64,000 nucleotides of DNA from an uncultured Gammaproteobacteria bacterium (lineage in GTDB: Bacteria; Patescibacteriota; Patescibacteriia; UBA10025; JAHIVO01), in contig CAZQBL010000004.1 in the NCBI GenBank assembly GCA_964592105.1, positions 2,256-66,255 of the forward strand, written 5' to 3'. The translations under genes and the position numbers were made by a program. Below, piece by piece: positions 40,378-49,717 of this stretch. Every line of letters starts with the position of its first letter. The stretch's first letter is position 1. The notes below the pieces were generated by a model that was given only the letters and a program-made list of their open reading frames with translations, had not been told where the DNA came from and did not search any database.

Positions 40378-41910
40378 ATGAATAATTCCTTAGAAAAAAA
40401 TCTAGAGCCGGTAACTAAAAAAAATAATGGCGTTAAAAGCGAAAATAAAATATTATCTGCGGATTTTTCTGATAATCGATCCCCGGTCAAAAACGAAAAT
40501 TCAACACCCGAAACTTCCGGGCAGGTATCATTAGATAAGCGGGTTTTAAAATCAGTTAGAAATTTTTGGAAGCTAGGGCGCAAAGATATCAATACCCAAT
40601 ATTTTGATGTTAATCAGCACGGTGAGTTGATTGTTTTGGAGGGCAACTATCAGTACAACATAAAAAATTTGATTGATAAGTACGGGACTTCACTTGAAGT
40701 CTTTTTTCCTTTTATTTTGGAGGAGCGTCTTGAAGACCTGATAGATCTTTTTAGATTGTTCATGAAGTATTATAAGTATCATGGAAAGTTTTTTTACCAT
40801 TATCCTATGAAGGTCAATCAGAACAAAGAATATATCCTTTCTTTGGTGGCCGAGGGGGCAAACTTGGAAGTAGGTTCGTATAACGAACTATATTTGGTGA
40901 AAAAGCTATGGGAGCAGGGCAGTTTTCGTTCTGATATTAGGGTAATATGCAACGGTCCCAAGACTACGAATTATTTACAGTTAATCGAGGAATTGAAAAA
41001 CAACAATTTATCCATTATTCCTATCATTGAAGACGAGTCGGAATTACAGTATTTGGAAAAATACAAAGGCGACGTCGGCATTCGAGTTGACCTTGATATT
41101 AAGGTAAGATCGCATTGGGATAAAAAAATAAATAGATTTGGATTTTTGCCTCATGAAATTCTGAAAATAGGTAAAATTAGAAACCTTAAAATACTGCATT
41201 ACCACATTGGTTCACAAATAGAATTTTCCGACGATATACTCATGGCGGTTAGAAAGGCAATGGACCTTTTTGTCAAAATAAAAAAAGTTAACAGCAGTTT
41301 GGATAGTTTGGATATTGGCGGCGGGATGCCTATACCATATGACCGCAAAAAACAATACAGGGTGGAAACATTGATAAAGAAAATAATCAAACTTTTACAG
41401 TGCATATCAGACAAGAAGGGTATCAGCCATCCTAATTTAATCTGCGAGTGGGGCAGATATGTAGTGGCCCCGGCCCAAATAACTATTTTTAAAGTTTTAA
41501 GTGAAAAAAATATCCTTAAAGGTAATGCAAAAAAATGGTATATAATCGACGGCAGCTTTATGAATGATCTTCTTGATACTTGGGCTCTGCATCAAAAATG
41601 GCACGTCGTTCCCATCAATAAGTTAAATAAGAAAAAGTTGGCTCGAGTCTGGATTGCCGGCTCTTCTTGCGATTCGGACGACAAATACATTGCCCATGGC
41701 AGCTATATTTTACTCCCGACACTGGATAGTTTGGAAAAAGAAGAATCGTTGTATATTGCTTTTTTTGATACAGGCGCATATCAGGATGCTTTAGCTTCGC
41801 ATCACTGTTTATTATCATCACCGGCAAAAATTATTGCTCAAAATGGAGAAACAAAAATCATAAGAAAACGAGAAAGCCCTGATGAGGTGGGCAAGCTATT
41901 TGGCTGGTAA
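40378..41910 (+). CDS. speA: Biosynthetic arginine decarboxylase-like (SpeA family, short form), PLP-dependent fold-type III
   Basis: Multiple blocks are collinear with E. coli SpeA: FWKLGRKDINTQYFDVNQHGEL; YPMKVNQ (PLP Lys); LHYHIGSQ; DIGGGMPIPYD; CDSDD; GAYQ. Confidence 0.65.
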   Translation: MNNSLEKNLEPVTKKNNGVKSENKILSADFSDNRSPVKNENSTPETSGQVSLDKRVLKSVRNFWKLGRKDINTQYFDVNQHGELIVLEGNYQYNIKNLIDKYGTSLEVFFPFILEERLEDLIDLFRLFMKYYKYHGKFFYHYPMKVNQNKEYILSLVAEGANLEVGSYNELYLVKKLWEQGSFRSDIRVICNGPKTTNYLQLIEELKNNNLSIIPIIEDESELQYLEKYKGDVGIRVDLDIKVRSHWDKKINRFGFLPHEILKIGKIRNLKILHYHIGSQIEFSDDILMAVRKAMDLFVKIKKVNSSLDSLDIGGGMPIPYDRKKQYRVETLIKKIIKLLQCISDKKGISHPNLICEWGRYVVAPAQITIFKVLSEKNILKGNAKKWYIIDGSFMNDLLDTWALHQKWHVVPINKLNKKKLARVWIAGSSCDSDDKYIAHGSYILLPTLDSLEKEESLYIAFFDTGAYQDALASHHCLLSSPAKIIAQNGETKIIRKRESPDEVGKLFGW

Positions 41911-41920
41911 ATAATCATAT

Positions 41921-43207
41921 ATGACAAAAAAGAAATTTTTATTCGTATCGTGGGAGAGTTTAAGTGGTGATATAGCTTGGCGTATTCAAAAAGAAGGCCA
42001 TGAGGTAAAGGTATATATAAAAGCCAAGTCAGACCAGGATGTATATGACGGCCTTCTGACCAAGGTAAAAAAATGGAAGGAATACATTGATTGGGCCGAT
42101 GTTATCGTTTTCGATGATGTCGGGTTTGGCAAAGAAGCTGATATGCTTCGCCAAGCAGGGAAGCTGGTTGTTGGAGGCAGTACCTATACTGACCGACTTG
42201 AAGATGACCGAGATTTTGGACAAAGAGAAATGAAAAAAGCCGGCATGCAAGTTTTGCCTCATTGGGATTTTCACAGCTTTGACTCGGCTATACGTTTTTT
42301 GCAAGATAATCCCGGTCGTTATGTGTTCAAGCCCAGCGGAGCCGCTCAAAATTTCAAGGATTTATTGTTTATCGGTGAGGAAGAAAATGGGGCCGATATA
42401 CTGGAATTGCTGCGCACCAATAAGAAAATATGGCGAAATAAAATCAAAACATTTCAAATACAAAAATTTGCCGCGGGCGTAGAAATAGCGGTCGGTGCTT
42501 TTTTTAACGGTAAGGAATTTATAACCCCAATTAACATAAATTTTGAGCAAAAACGTTTATTTCCAGGCGATATAGGTCCTTTAACTGGCGATATGGGCGC
42601 TTTGATGTTTTGGGCTCAGCCAAACGGTTTTTTTAAAAATACCTTAGAGAAAATGAAACAGAAATTGGCTAAATGTAATTATGTAGGATATTTTGACATT
42701 AATTGTATTGCTAACGGTCGTGGGGTTTTCCCGCTGGAATTTACTTCACGTTTCGGCTACCCTACTATAGAAATTCAGGCTGTCGGAATTGAGATGCCCA
42801 TGGGTGAGTTCTTTTATCGCTTGGCTCAGGGAGAAAAATTCAACATACCCACGAAAAAAGGTTTTCAAATAGGAATTTGCTGCTTAGTCGATCCGTTCCT
42901 CTCTAATGATAAGGAAACGGCTGCAGTTTATCACAATTTATCCATACTTTTTCGCAGGCAAAATACTGATTGGGACGGTATTCATATTGGTGATGTGAAA
43001 ATGGTTGAAGGCACTTTGCGTCTAGCCGGCACTTCTGGATACGCTTTGGTGGTTAGTGGTTGCGGCAACACGGTTGAGGATGCTCGACGACAGGCCTATC
43101 ATCGTATAAAAAATATCCGTTTACAAAATATGTTTTATCGTACCGATATAGGTCATCGCTGGGCCAGCGACAGTGATCTATTGCAAACTTGGGGTTATTT
43201 AAAATAA
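41921..43207 (+). CDS. PurD-like ATP-grasp ligase (phosphoribosylamine--glycine ligase family, divergent N-domain)
   Basis: Matches PurD blocks EQKRLFPGDIGPLTGDMGA (vs EHKRVGDKDTGPNTGGMGA), LEFTSRFGYP (vs IEFNCRFGDP) and C-terminal GYALVVSGCGNTVEDARRQAY...MFYRTDIG. The N-terminal GGREHA motif is degenerate. Confidence 0.6.
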   Translation: MTKKKFLFVSWESLSGDIAWRIQKEGHEVKVYIKAKSDQDVYDGLLTKVKKWKEYIDWADVIVFDDVGFGKEADMLRQAGKLVVGGSTYTDRLEDDRDFGQREMKKAGMQVLPHWDFHSFDSAIRFLQDNPGRYVFKPSGAAQNFKDLLFIGEEENGADILELLRTNKKIWRNKIKTFQIQKFAAGVEIAVGAFFNGKEFITPININFEQKRLFPGDIGPLTGDMGALMFWAQPNGFFKNTLEKMKQKLAKCNYVGYFDINCIANGRGVFPLEFTSRFGYPTIEIQAVGIEMPMGEFFYRLAQGEKFNIPTKKGFQIGICCLVDPFLSNDKETAAVYHNLSILFRRQNTDWDGIHIGDVKMVEGTLRLAGTSGYALVVSGCGNTVEDARRQAYHRIKNIRLQNMFYRTDIGHRWASDSDLLQTWGYLK

Positions 43208-43719
43208 AAAATTTAATGATTTGGATAATATAGGCAACAATTACTTAATAAACTTTTACTAGGCTAGGGAAAATTGATTGACAGTCATGGAGAACGAAAA
43301 AAATTAAAATTACCGATTGAGGAATTAGTCAAAAATAATAATGCTAGTATTTTGGCCTATGCCGCAGCCGTTTTTAATCATAACTATACAAGACAGGCGC
43401 GACTCAGTTAAGGAAACACCTAGATAATGGCGGAAAATTAGTGGTGATCCTTGCCATTGCCTTGAACTCTTTTCAGGTGGGGACAATGTTGGCCGACCTT
43501 ATCAGAAAGGATAAGGCGTGTCTGATTTCGGCGACTGGCGCCAATGCCACTTTTAACTGCCCCGGATTTCATGACTGCCGTAGTAATTGTTTATAAAATT
43601 ATTAGCTATATAAAAAAGAAATTGTCGTTTAGATAAGTTTTTTGGCGATTTTACGGCTTGTGTCTTGTAATAATAAACTAAATAAGCTACACTGTAGCTG
43701 TTTTTATATAAATTTAATT

Positions 43720-46599
43720 ATGTCATTCCTGACAAAAATATTTGGCGACCCCAATCAGAAGGTTATCAACGAACTGATGCCTTTAGTTAACCAAGTAAAT
43801 GAATACGAAAAAAACATCGCTGCTCAGTCAGACCAACAACTTCTTGATAAAAGCGAGAATTTCAAAAAAATTATCAAAAATAACCTGGCCAAAATAAATC
43901 CCGAACTGGAAAAAATAAAAAAAGAATTAGTCAGTATTTCTTCTACAGAAGACCGCGAACGAATCAAATCTGCATATAAAACCCTACATGATACTATATT
44001 CGAGGACAATTTAGCGGAAATTTTAGCCGTAATCCGAGAAGCAATTAAAAGAACCGTTAAGCAAAGAGCTTTTGATGTTCAATTGATGTCGGCTCTGGTT
44101 TTACACCAAGGCAAGATATCAGAGCAAAAAACTGGTGAAGGCAAAACTTTATCCGCAGTTTTATCGGCCTATATCAACGCCTTAGAAGGAAAGGGGGTCC
44201 ACATCATAACAGTGAACGATTACTTAGCTAAGAGAGACGCAGGATGGTATGGGGAGGCTTTGAACATGCTCGGTCTGAGTGTCGGCTGTATCACGCATGA
44301 GCAGGCTTTTATTGTTGATAAGCAATATACTGCCGAAAACGTTCAGGATGAACGCTTATCTCATTTACGGCCGGTTTCCAGAAAAGAGGCATACCAAGCT
44401 GACATAACTTACGGAACCAATAATGAATTCGGCTTTGATTATTTGCGCGATAATATGGTACCTGACTTGCAGTACATGGTTCAGCGGGATTTACATTTCG
44501 CGATAGTTGATGAAGTCGACAGCATTTTAATAGATGAGGCACGAACGCCGCTTATCATTTCCGCGCCGGCCGAGGAGTCAACCCAAAAGTATTATCAGTT
44601 TTCTCGGCTGGTAGACCAACTGAAAGAATCTATCGACTATAACATTGATGAAAAAATGAGGGCCGCGACTTTAACAGAAGTTGGCATTGCCAAGATGGAA
44701 AAATGGCTCGGCTTGGAAAATATATACGAGGCCGGCGGCATAGAAACAGTACACCATATTGAACAGGCCCTAAAAGCCAAAACACTTTTTAAAAAAGACC
44801 GAGATTATGTAATTAAGGATGGTCAGATTATCATCGTTGACGAATTCACCGGGCGTTTGATGTTTGGGCGCCGGTATTCAGAGGGCCTACATCAAGCAAT
44901 TGAGGCTAAAGAAAATTTGGATATCAAGCAAGAAAGTCAGACAATGGCCACGATTACCTTCCAAAATTATTTTCGTTTATACAATAAATTATCTGGCATG
45001 ACCGGTACGGCTGCCACCGAAGCCGAGGAGTTTCATAAAATCTACGGATTGGAAGTGGTAGTTATACCCACCAATAAGCCGATGATAAGGCAAGATATGC
45101 CTGATAGGATTTATAAAACCACTTTGGGCAAATACCAGGCCATTGTTCGTGAAGTAAAAATCCGTCATGAACTTGGCCAACCCTTATTAATCGGTACAAT
45201 TTCTATAGAAAAAAATGAATTATTAAGCCAAATGTTGGAGCGCGAAGGGATAAAACACAACGTACTCAATGCAAAAAACCATGAGCAAGAAGCGCAGATT
45301 TTGGCTCAAGCAGGAAAATTAGGCGCCGTGACAATTGCTACAAATATGGCTGGACGTGGCGTAGATATTATTTTGGGAGGAATTCCGTTCAATCCCGAGG
45401 AGCAGGCGCAAGTCAAACAGCTCGGAGGTTTGCATGTCTTAGGTACTGAGCGACATGAATCGAGAAGGATAGATAATCAACTCAGAGGACGAGCTGGTCG
45501 CCAGGGTGATCCGGGTTCTTCTCAATTTTTTGTATCAATGGAAGATGATTTAATGAGGATTTTTGGCTCGGATCGGATAAAAAGCATGATGGACAAACTT
45601 GGCTTGCCGGATGACATGCCTATTGAGAACAAACTTATTAGTCGTTCAATAGAGTCAGCTCAGAAAAAGGTTGAAGGACATAATTTTGATATTCGCAAAC
45701 ATCTGGTTGAGTATGATGACGTAATTAATAAACACCGTGAAGTTATTTATCGAAAAAGGCGAGAAATATTAGATTTATCGCTTTTATCTGAAAATCCTGA
45801 CAAACCTGAAACAAATCATTTGCGGAAAAAAATTTTTGAACTGATTGAAAATGAAATCGAGCAAGTCGTTTCCTTTCATACCTCTTCTGAAGATGAGCAC
45901 TCCTGGAATCTTGATGAAATTTATGAAGTAATCGACACTATTTTTCCCGTTAAACTCGAAGATAGGGTTCGACTTGAGGACATTAGAGAAAAAGCTGGCG
46001 ATCAACTTCGTGATGCTGAAGCGCGAACCAATATTATTCAATATCTAGTTAGTCTGGCCAATAATGCCTATGATATTCTAGAACAAAAAATTGGGGACAA
46101 GAAGATCCTTAGCATTATCGAGAAGGCCGTTTATTTAAGAGCTATTGATACTTTGTGGGTTGAACATTTAGATTTAATGGATCACTTAAGGAAGGGGATT
46201 GGTCTCCGGGGTTACGGTCAACGCGACCCGCTCATTGAATATAAAAAGGAAGCCTATCGGTTGTTTAATGAACTGATTTCCAGCATTCAAAAAAATGTCG
46301 TTTATACAATTTTCAAAGTCAACGCCAATATCCAAAATATCCAAAAGACATTAATGGATCGGCGGCAAGTTCTGTCTGCCCCGCCCAAAAGTAGTGACGA
46401 AATGCCTCAGTCATTTTATCAAAATATGTCCGTGGCTCAGTCAAATAAAGATCAGTTGATGCCTAAAAATGACACTATTGGCTCAATTAGACAAACAATT
46501 GCCGGGAATTTAGTCACGGCTGAAGGTAAGAAAATAGGAAGAAACGATCCTTGTCCTTGTGGTTCTGGAAAAAAATATAAAAACTGTCATGGTAAATAA
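43720..46599 (+). CDS. secA: Preprotein translocase ATPase SecA
   Basis: MSFLTKIFGDPNQK..., DEAD-like motor motifs and a C-terminal zinc-binding CPCGSGKKYKNCHG. Start set at MSFLTK, 26 codons inside the ORF-track ORF. Confidence 0.9.
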   Translation: MSFLTKIFGDPNQKVINELMPLVNQVNEYEKNIAAQSDQQLLDKSENFKKIIKNNLAKINPELEKIKKELVSISSTEDRERIKSAYKTLHDTIFEDNLAEILAVIREAIKRTVKQRAFDVQLMSALVLHQGKISEQKTGEGKTLSAVLSAYINALEGKGVHIITVNDYLAKRDAGWYGEALNMLGLSVGCITHEQAFIVDKQYTAENVQDERLSHLRPVSRKEAYQADITYGTNNEFGFDYLRDNMVPDLQYMVQRDLHFAIVDEVDSILIDEARTPLIISAPAEESTQKYYQFSRLVDQLKESIDYNIDEKMRAATLTEVGIAKMEKWLGLENIYEAGGIETVHHIEQALKAKTLFKKDRDYVIKDGQIIIVDEFTGRLMFGRRYSEGLHQAIEAKENLDIKQESQTMATITFQNYFRLYNKLSGMTGTAATEAEEFHKIYGLEVVVIPTNKPMIRQDMPDRIYKTTLGKYQAIVREVKIRHELGQPLLIGTISIEKNELLSQMLEREGIKHNVLNAKNHEQEAQILAQAGKLGAVTIATNMAGRGVDIILGGIPFNPEEQAQVKQLGGLHVLGTERHESRRIDNQLRGRAGRQGDPGSSQFFVSMEDDLMRIFGSDRIKSMMDKLGLPDDMPIENKLISRSIESAQKKVEGHNFDIRKHLVEYDDVINKHREVIYRKRREILDLSLLSENPDKPETNHLRKKIFELIENEIEQVVSFHTSSEDEHSWNLDEIYEVIDTIFPVKLEDRVRLEDIREKAGDQLRDAEARTNIIQYLVSLANNAYDILEQKIGDKKILSIIEKAVYLRAIDTLWVEHLDLMDHLRKGIGLRGYGQRDPLIEYKKEAYRLFNELISSIQKNVVYTIFKVNANIQNIQKTLMDRRQVLSAPPKSSDEMPQSFYQNMSVAQSNKDQLMPKNDTIGSIRQTIAGNLVTAEGKKIGRNDPCPCGSGKKYKNCHGK

Positions 46600-46631
46600 A
46601 AGGCCGAGAGAAGATCGGCCTAAATAAAATA

Positions 46632-46991
46632 ATGCTGTTTGAGCCGGTTATAAAGAAAAAACAAACTAAGTCAGCGCCGATTAATAAGAAAAGCCTTATT
46701 CATTGGTATTTAATGCTGATTTTGTGGTTTTTAGCTTTTGTTCACGGTTGGCTGATTTTCAAATCGGCCCTAGGCCAAGTAAGCAATGATGTGGTTATTT
46801 ATTCCTCGATTGTCTTTACCTTAAGCCTGTTTTTTTGCCTTTATGTTATTGGCGTGACTATTTTTTTGATAATTAACTTAATACTTAATAAAAATATCAG
46901 TGAATTATTTGATTTTTTTATCCAACTGAATAGTTTAGTTATCACGGCCTTTGGTGTTTTGTGGCTAATTTTTATTATTTCAAAACAATAG
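46632..46991 (+). CDS. Small membrane protein (hypothetical)
   Basis: 119 aa with 3 TM helices, between secA and the miaB-like gene. Confidence 0.3.
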   Translation: MLFEPVIKKKQTKSAPINKKSLIHWYLMLILWFLAFVHGWLIFKSALGQVSNDVVIYSSIVFTLSLFFCLYVIGVTIFLIINLILNKNISELFDFFIQLNSLVITAFGVLWLIFIISKQ

Positions 46992-48158
46992 ATGAAATAT
47001 TTTATTAAGACATTTGGATGTCAACATAATGTAGCGGATTCAGAGCGAATAGCCGGCTACTACGAGAATCGTGGTTTTAAACGCGCCTTAAGTTATGATG
47101 AGGCGGATGTAATAATCGTGAACACTTGCGTTATACGTCAAAAATCAGAAGATAAGGCCTACGGTTTTATAAAAAACCTGGACAAGAAAAGGCGGGCGGG
47201 TTTGAATTTTAAAATTATTGTTACAGGCTGCCTGGTAGGCACGGCTGTGCATGATAAAACCGGAAAAATAATGCATTTATTAAAACGCAGATTACCGGAA
47301 GCTGATGAGTTTCTGCCCATTGATGAAGTCGGTTTTGAATATAATTCCGTGCGCCAAAATCATGATCATGCCTGGGTACCTATTTCCCATGGTTGTAATA
47401 ATTTTTGCACCTTTTGTATTGTGCCTTTTTCTAGGGGGCGGGAAAGATCCAGGCCGTTTGATGAGATCATTGAAGAAATTAATGAATTGACAGACAACGG
47501 TTATAGCAAAATAACTTTACTCGGACAAAATGTAAATTCCTACGGAGCGGATTTGATAGTTAACAAGAGTAATTTTTACTCGCGCTATAATTTTAATATT
47601 AAGCCAGTTACAGTTAAGCATCTTGGACGTTATCGACTATTAACACTTTTTCCGCCATTGCTTCATCAAATATGTCAAAACAAAAAAATAAAAAATCTGT
47701 CTTTTGTTTCATCAAATCCCTGGGATTTTTCTGATGAATTGATTAACACAATTGCACAAAACAAACAGATCGACAGAATCATCCACCTTCCTGTCCAGTC
47801 CGGAAGCAATAAAATTTTGAAGGCCATGAATCGTTGGTATACGAGGCAAGATTATCTTAAACTAATCAAAAAAATAAAATCAAAAATACCCGAGGCTGAG
47901 TTTACCACAGATATTATTGTCGGATTTCCGGGCGAAACAAAAAAAGATTTTCTCGCAACGCTAGATTTGGTCAAAAAAATAAATTTTACAAAGGCTTTTA
48001 TTGCTGGCTACTCGCCAAGACCTAATACTTTGGGTGCTAAGCTTGTAAACAACGTCAGCTTGCAGGAAAAAAAGGAAAGATTTCATATTTTAGACAATTT
48101 TATTAACCACCGGCCAAACAGTAAAATCCCTATCTGGCTAAAAGGCGAAAGCATTTGA
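46992..48158 (+). CDS. Radical-SAM methylthiotransferase, MiaB/RimO family (no obvious TRAM domain)
   Basis: N-terminal MTTase domain (KTFGCQHNVADSE...NTCVIR) and a radical-SAM CNNFCTFC cluster. Confidence 0.75.
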   Translation: MKYFIKTFGCQHNVADSERIAGYYENRGFKRALSYDEADVIIVNTCVIRQKSEDKAYGFIKNLDKKRRAGLNFKIIVTGCLVGTAVHDKTGKIMHLLKRRLPEADEFLPIDEVGFEYNSVRQNHDHAWVPISHGCNNFCTFCIVPFSRGRERSRPFDEIIEEINELTDNGYSKITLLGQNVNSYGADLIVNKSNFYSRYNFNIKPVTVKHLGRYRLLTLFPPLLHQICQNKKIKNLSFVSSNPWDFSDELINTIAQNKQIDRIIHLPVQSGSNKILKAMNRWYTRQDYLKLIKKIKSKIPEAEFTTDIIVGFPGETKKDFLATLDLVKKINFTKAFIAGYSPRPNTLGAKLVNNVSLQEKKERFHILDNFINHRPNSKIPIWLKGESI

Positions 48159-48175
48159 ATAAATAAGCTTTTCTC

Positions 48176-48204
48176 TTTACAAAAAGGTAAGCATATGCTA
48201 TAAT
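48176..48204 (+). promoter_or_regulatory. Sigma-70-like promoter: TTTACA-17-TGcTATAAT
   Basis: Lies 30 nt upstream of the ATG at 48234. Confidence 0.4.
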
Positions 48205-48233
48205 AATATCTATAAAAATAAAAACAAATAAGC

Positions 48234-49637
48234 ATGAGTCACAAAAAAAACAAATTCAGAGTAATTGCCATTATATTCATGGCAATTTTATTTTTTTTAC
48301 CAAAAGTAGTTAGCGCCGCTGACAGTCGTAGCCCCGATATAAGGATTTTTAATAGTTTTGATACTACGTTAACCGGGGAATTCAGCGCCTACTCACCGAA
48401 CTTCACCGGCGGTGTCAGCATTGCGGCCTGCGATCTCGATGGCAATGGGACTAGTGAATTTGTTACTGCGGCTGGGATTGGCGGCGGCCCTCAAATACGA
48501 ACTTTTGATAGTTCGGGTAATCCAATTTTTACCCCGGGGTTTTTTGCCTATGCTGAAAATTTTAGAGGTGGTGTTAATGTTGCTTGCGAAGATCTAGATG
48601 GGGACGGCCTGGCAGAAATTGTTACTGCTCCAAAATCAAACGGCGGTCCCCAGATCAGAATTTTTGATCGTTATGGACATACTATTTTTACTCCCGGGTT
48701 TTTTGCTTATAATATAAAATTCAGGGGTGGCGTAAACGTGGCTATTGGCGATATTGATGGCGGGGGACTAAAAGAAATAATAGTCGCACCAGCTTTAGGT
48801 AGCGAAAACAAGGTAAAAATATTTAATCGATACGGTGATTTACTAAATTTTGATATTCAACCATTTCATCCTGATTTTACTGGCGGTATAAGTATCGCCA
48901 CGGCCAATGTCGATGGAGGCGCGGAGGATGAATTGATAATGGCCGTGCAAAGTCAAGACATATCTTTAGTCAAAATTATTAAAACTAACGTCAATCAGCT
49001 ATTAATTGGTGAATTTGTGGCTTTTCCTAATAACTTCAAGGGTGGCATTAATGTCAGTGGTGGTGACGTTGATCAGGATGGATATGACGAAATTATAGTT
49101 GCGGCTAATAGCGGTGGCGGCCCCCATGTCAAAACTTTCGAAGCCTATGGCCAGCCAATAAAAACAAACTTTTTTGTTTATGAGGATGATTTTAAAGGCG
49201 GAGTTAATTTGGCCATAGCTGATATTAACGCAGATGGCTCTGAAGATATTATTACCGCTCCAAACAAGAAAAACGCCGATTTAAAAGTTACAAGCATTAT
49301 CGTTGATTTGTCTGAACAAAGACTGTACGCCTACAATGAAAATACTTTAATCAAATCTTTTTTAGTTTCAACCGGAGTACCGGGAATGGATACGCATACC
49401 GGACAATTTTCAATTAGTCAAAAAACCTATTCAAAATTATATGCCGGTCCAGGATTTTTTCTCCCTAATACTTTATGGAACATGAGATTTGACGGCCCTC
49501 GCTGGCTGCACGGGGCTTACTGGCATAATAATTTCGGGCACAGGATGAGTCATGGCTGCGTTAATATTGATTATAAAAATGCCGAATGGTTGTATAATTC
49601 GACTGCTATCGGCACCAAAGTCACTGTCCGCCAATAA
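48234..49637 (+). CDS. Secreted FG-GAP/VCBS-repeat protein fused to a C-terminal L,D-transpeptidase (YkuD) domain
   Basis: Signal peptide, then at least 6 repeats of about 60 aa (FTGGVSIA.CDLDG.G..E.V.A...GGPQIR.FD), then the catalytic motif HGAYWHNNFGHRMSHGCVNI (H...SHGC). Confidence 0.6.
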   Translation: MSHKKNKFRVIAIIFMAILFFLPKVVSAADSRSPDIRIFNSFDTTLTGEFSAYSPNFTGGVSIAACDLDGNGTSEFVTAAGIGGGPQIRTFDSSGNPIFTPGFFAYAENFRGGVNVACEDLDGDGLAEIVTAPKSNGGPQIRIFDRYGHTIFTPGFFAYNIKFRGGVNVAIGDIDGGGLKEIIVAPALGSENKVKIFNRYGDLLNFDIQPFHPDFTGGISIATANVDGGAEDELIMAVQSQDISLVKIIKTNVNQLLIGEFVAFPNNFKGGINVSGGDVDQDGYDEIIVAANSGGGPHVKTFEAYGQPIKTNFFVYEDDFKGGVNLAIADINADGSEDIITAPNKKNADLKVTSIIVDLSEQRLYAYNENTLIKSFLVSTGVPGMDTHTGQFSISQKTYSKLYAGPGFFLPNTLWNMRFDGPRWLHGAYWHNNFGHRMSHGCVNIDYKNAEWLYNSTAIGTKVTVRQ

Positions 49638-49717
49638 TATCCACTGGTCAATCAATTTAGCATTTGTTATAATAAACACTGTTAATAAATTCAAGACGGT
49701 GTCTATTTTTTGTTTCC

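Noticed and set aside
1240-46041. Numerous 60-110-aa ORFs in the track nested inside or antisense to longer genes. Examples are 1240..1461, 3195..3422, 5480..5716, 5996..6289, 10624..10860, 11509..12042, 18071..18331, 27105..28101, 28577..29171, 31276..31536, 39511..40155 and 44309..45180.
   Set aside because: Each overlaps a longer ORF that has recognisable family motifs. These are typical AT-rich-genome shadow ORFs.
46600-46631. Hairpin GGCCGAgagaagaTCGGCC after secA as a terminator
   Set aside because: The 6-bp stem is followed by an A-rich tract rather than a U-rich one on the secA strand. Too weak to call.
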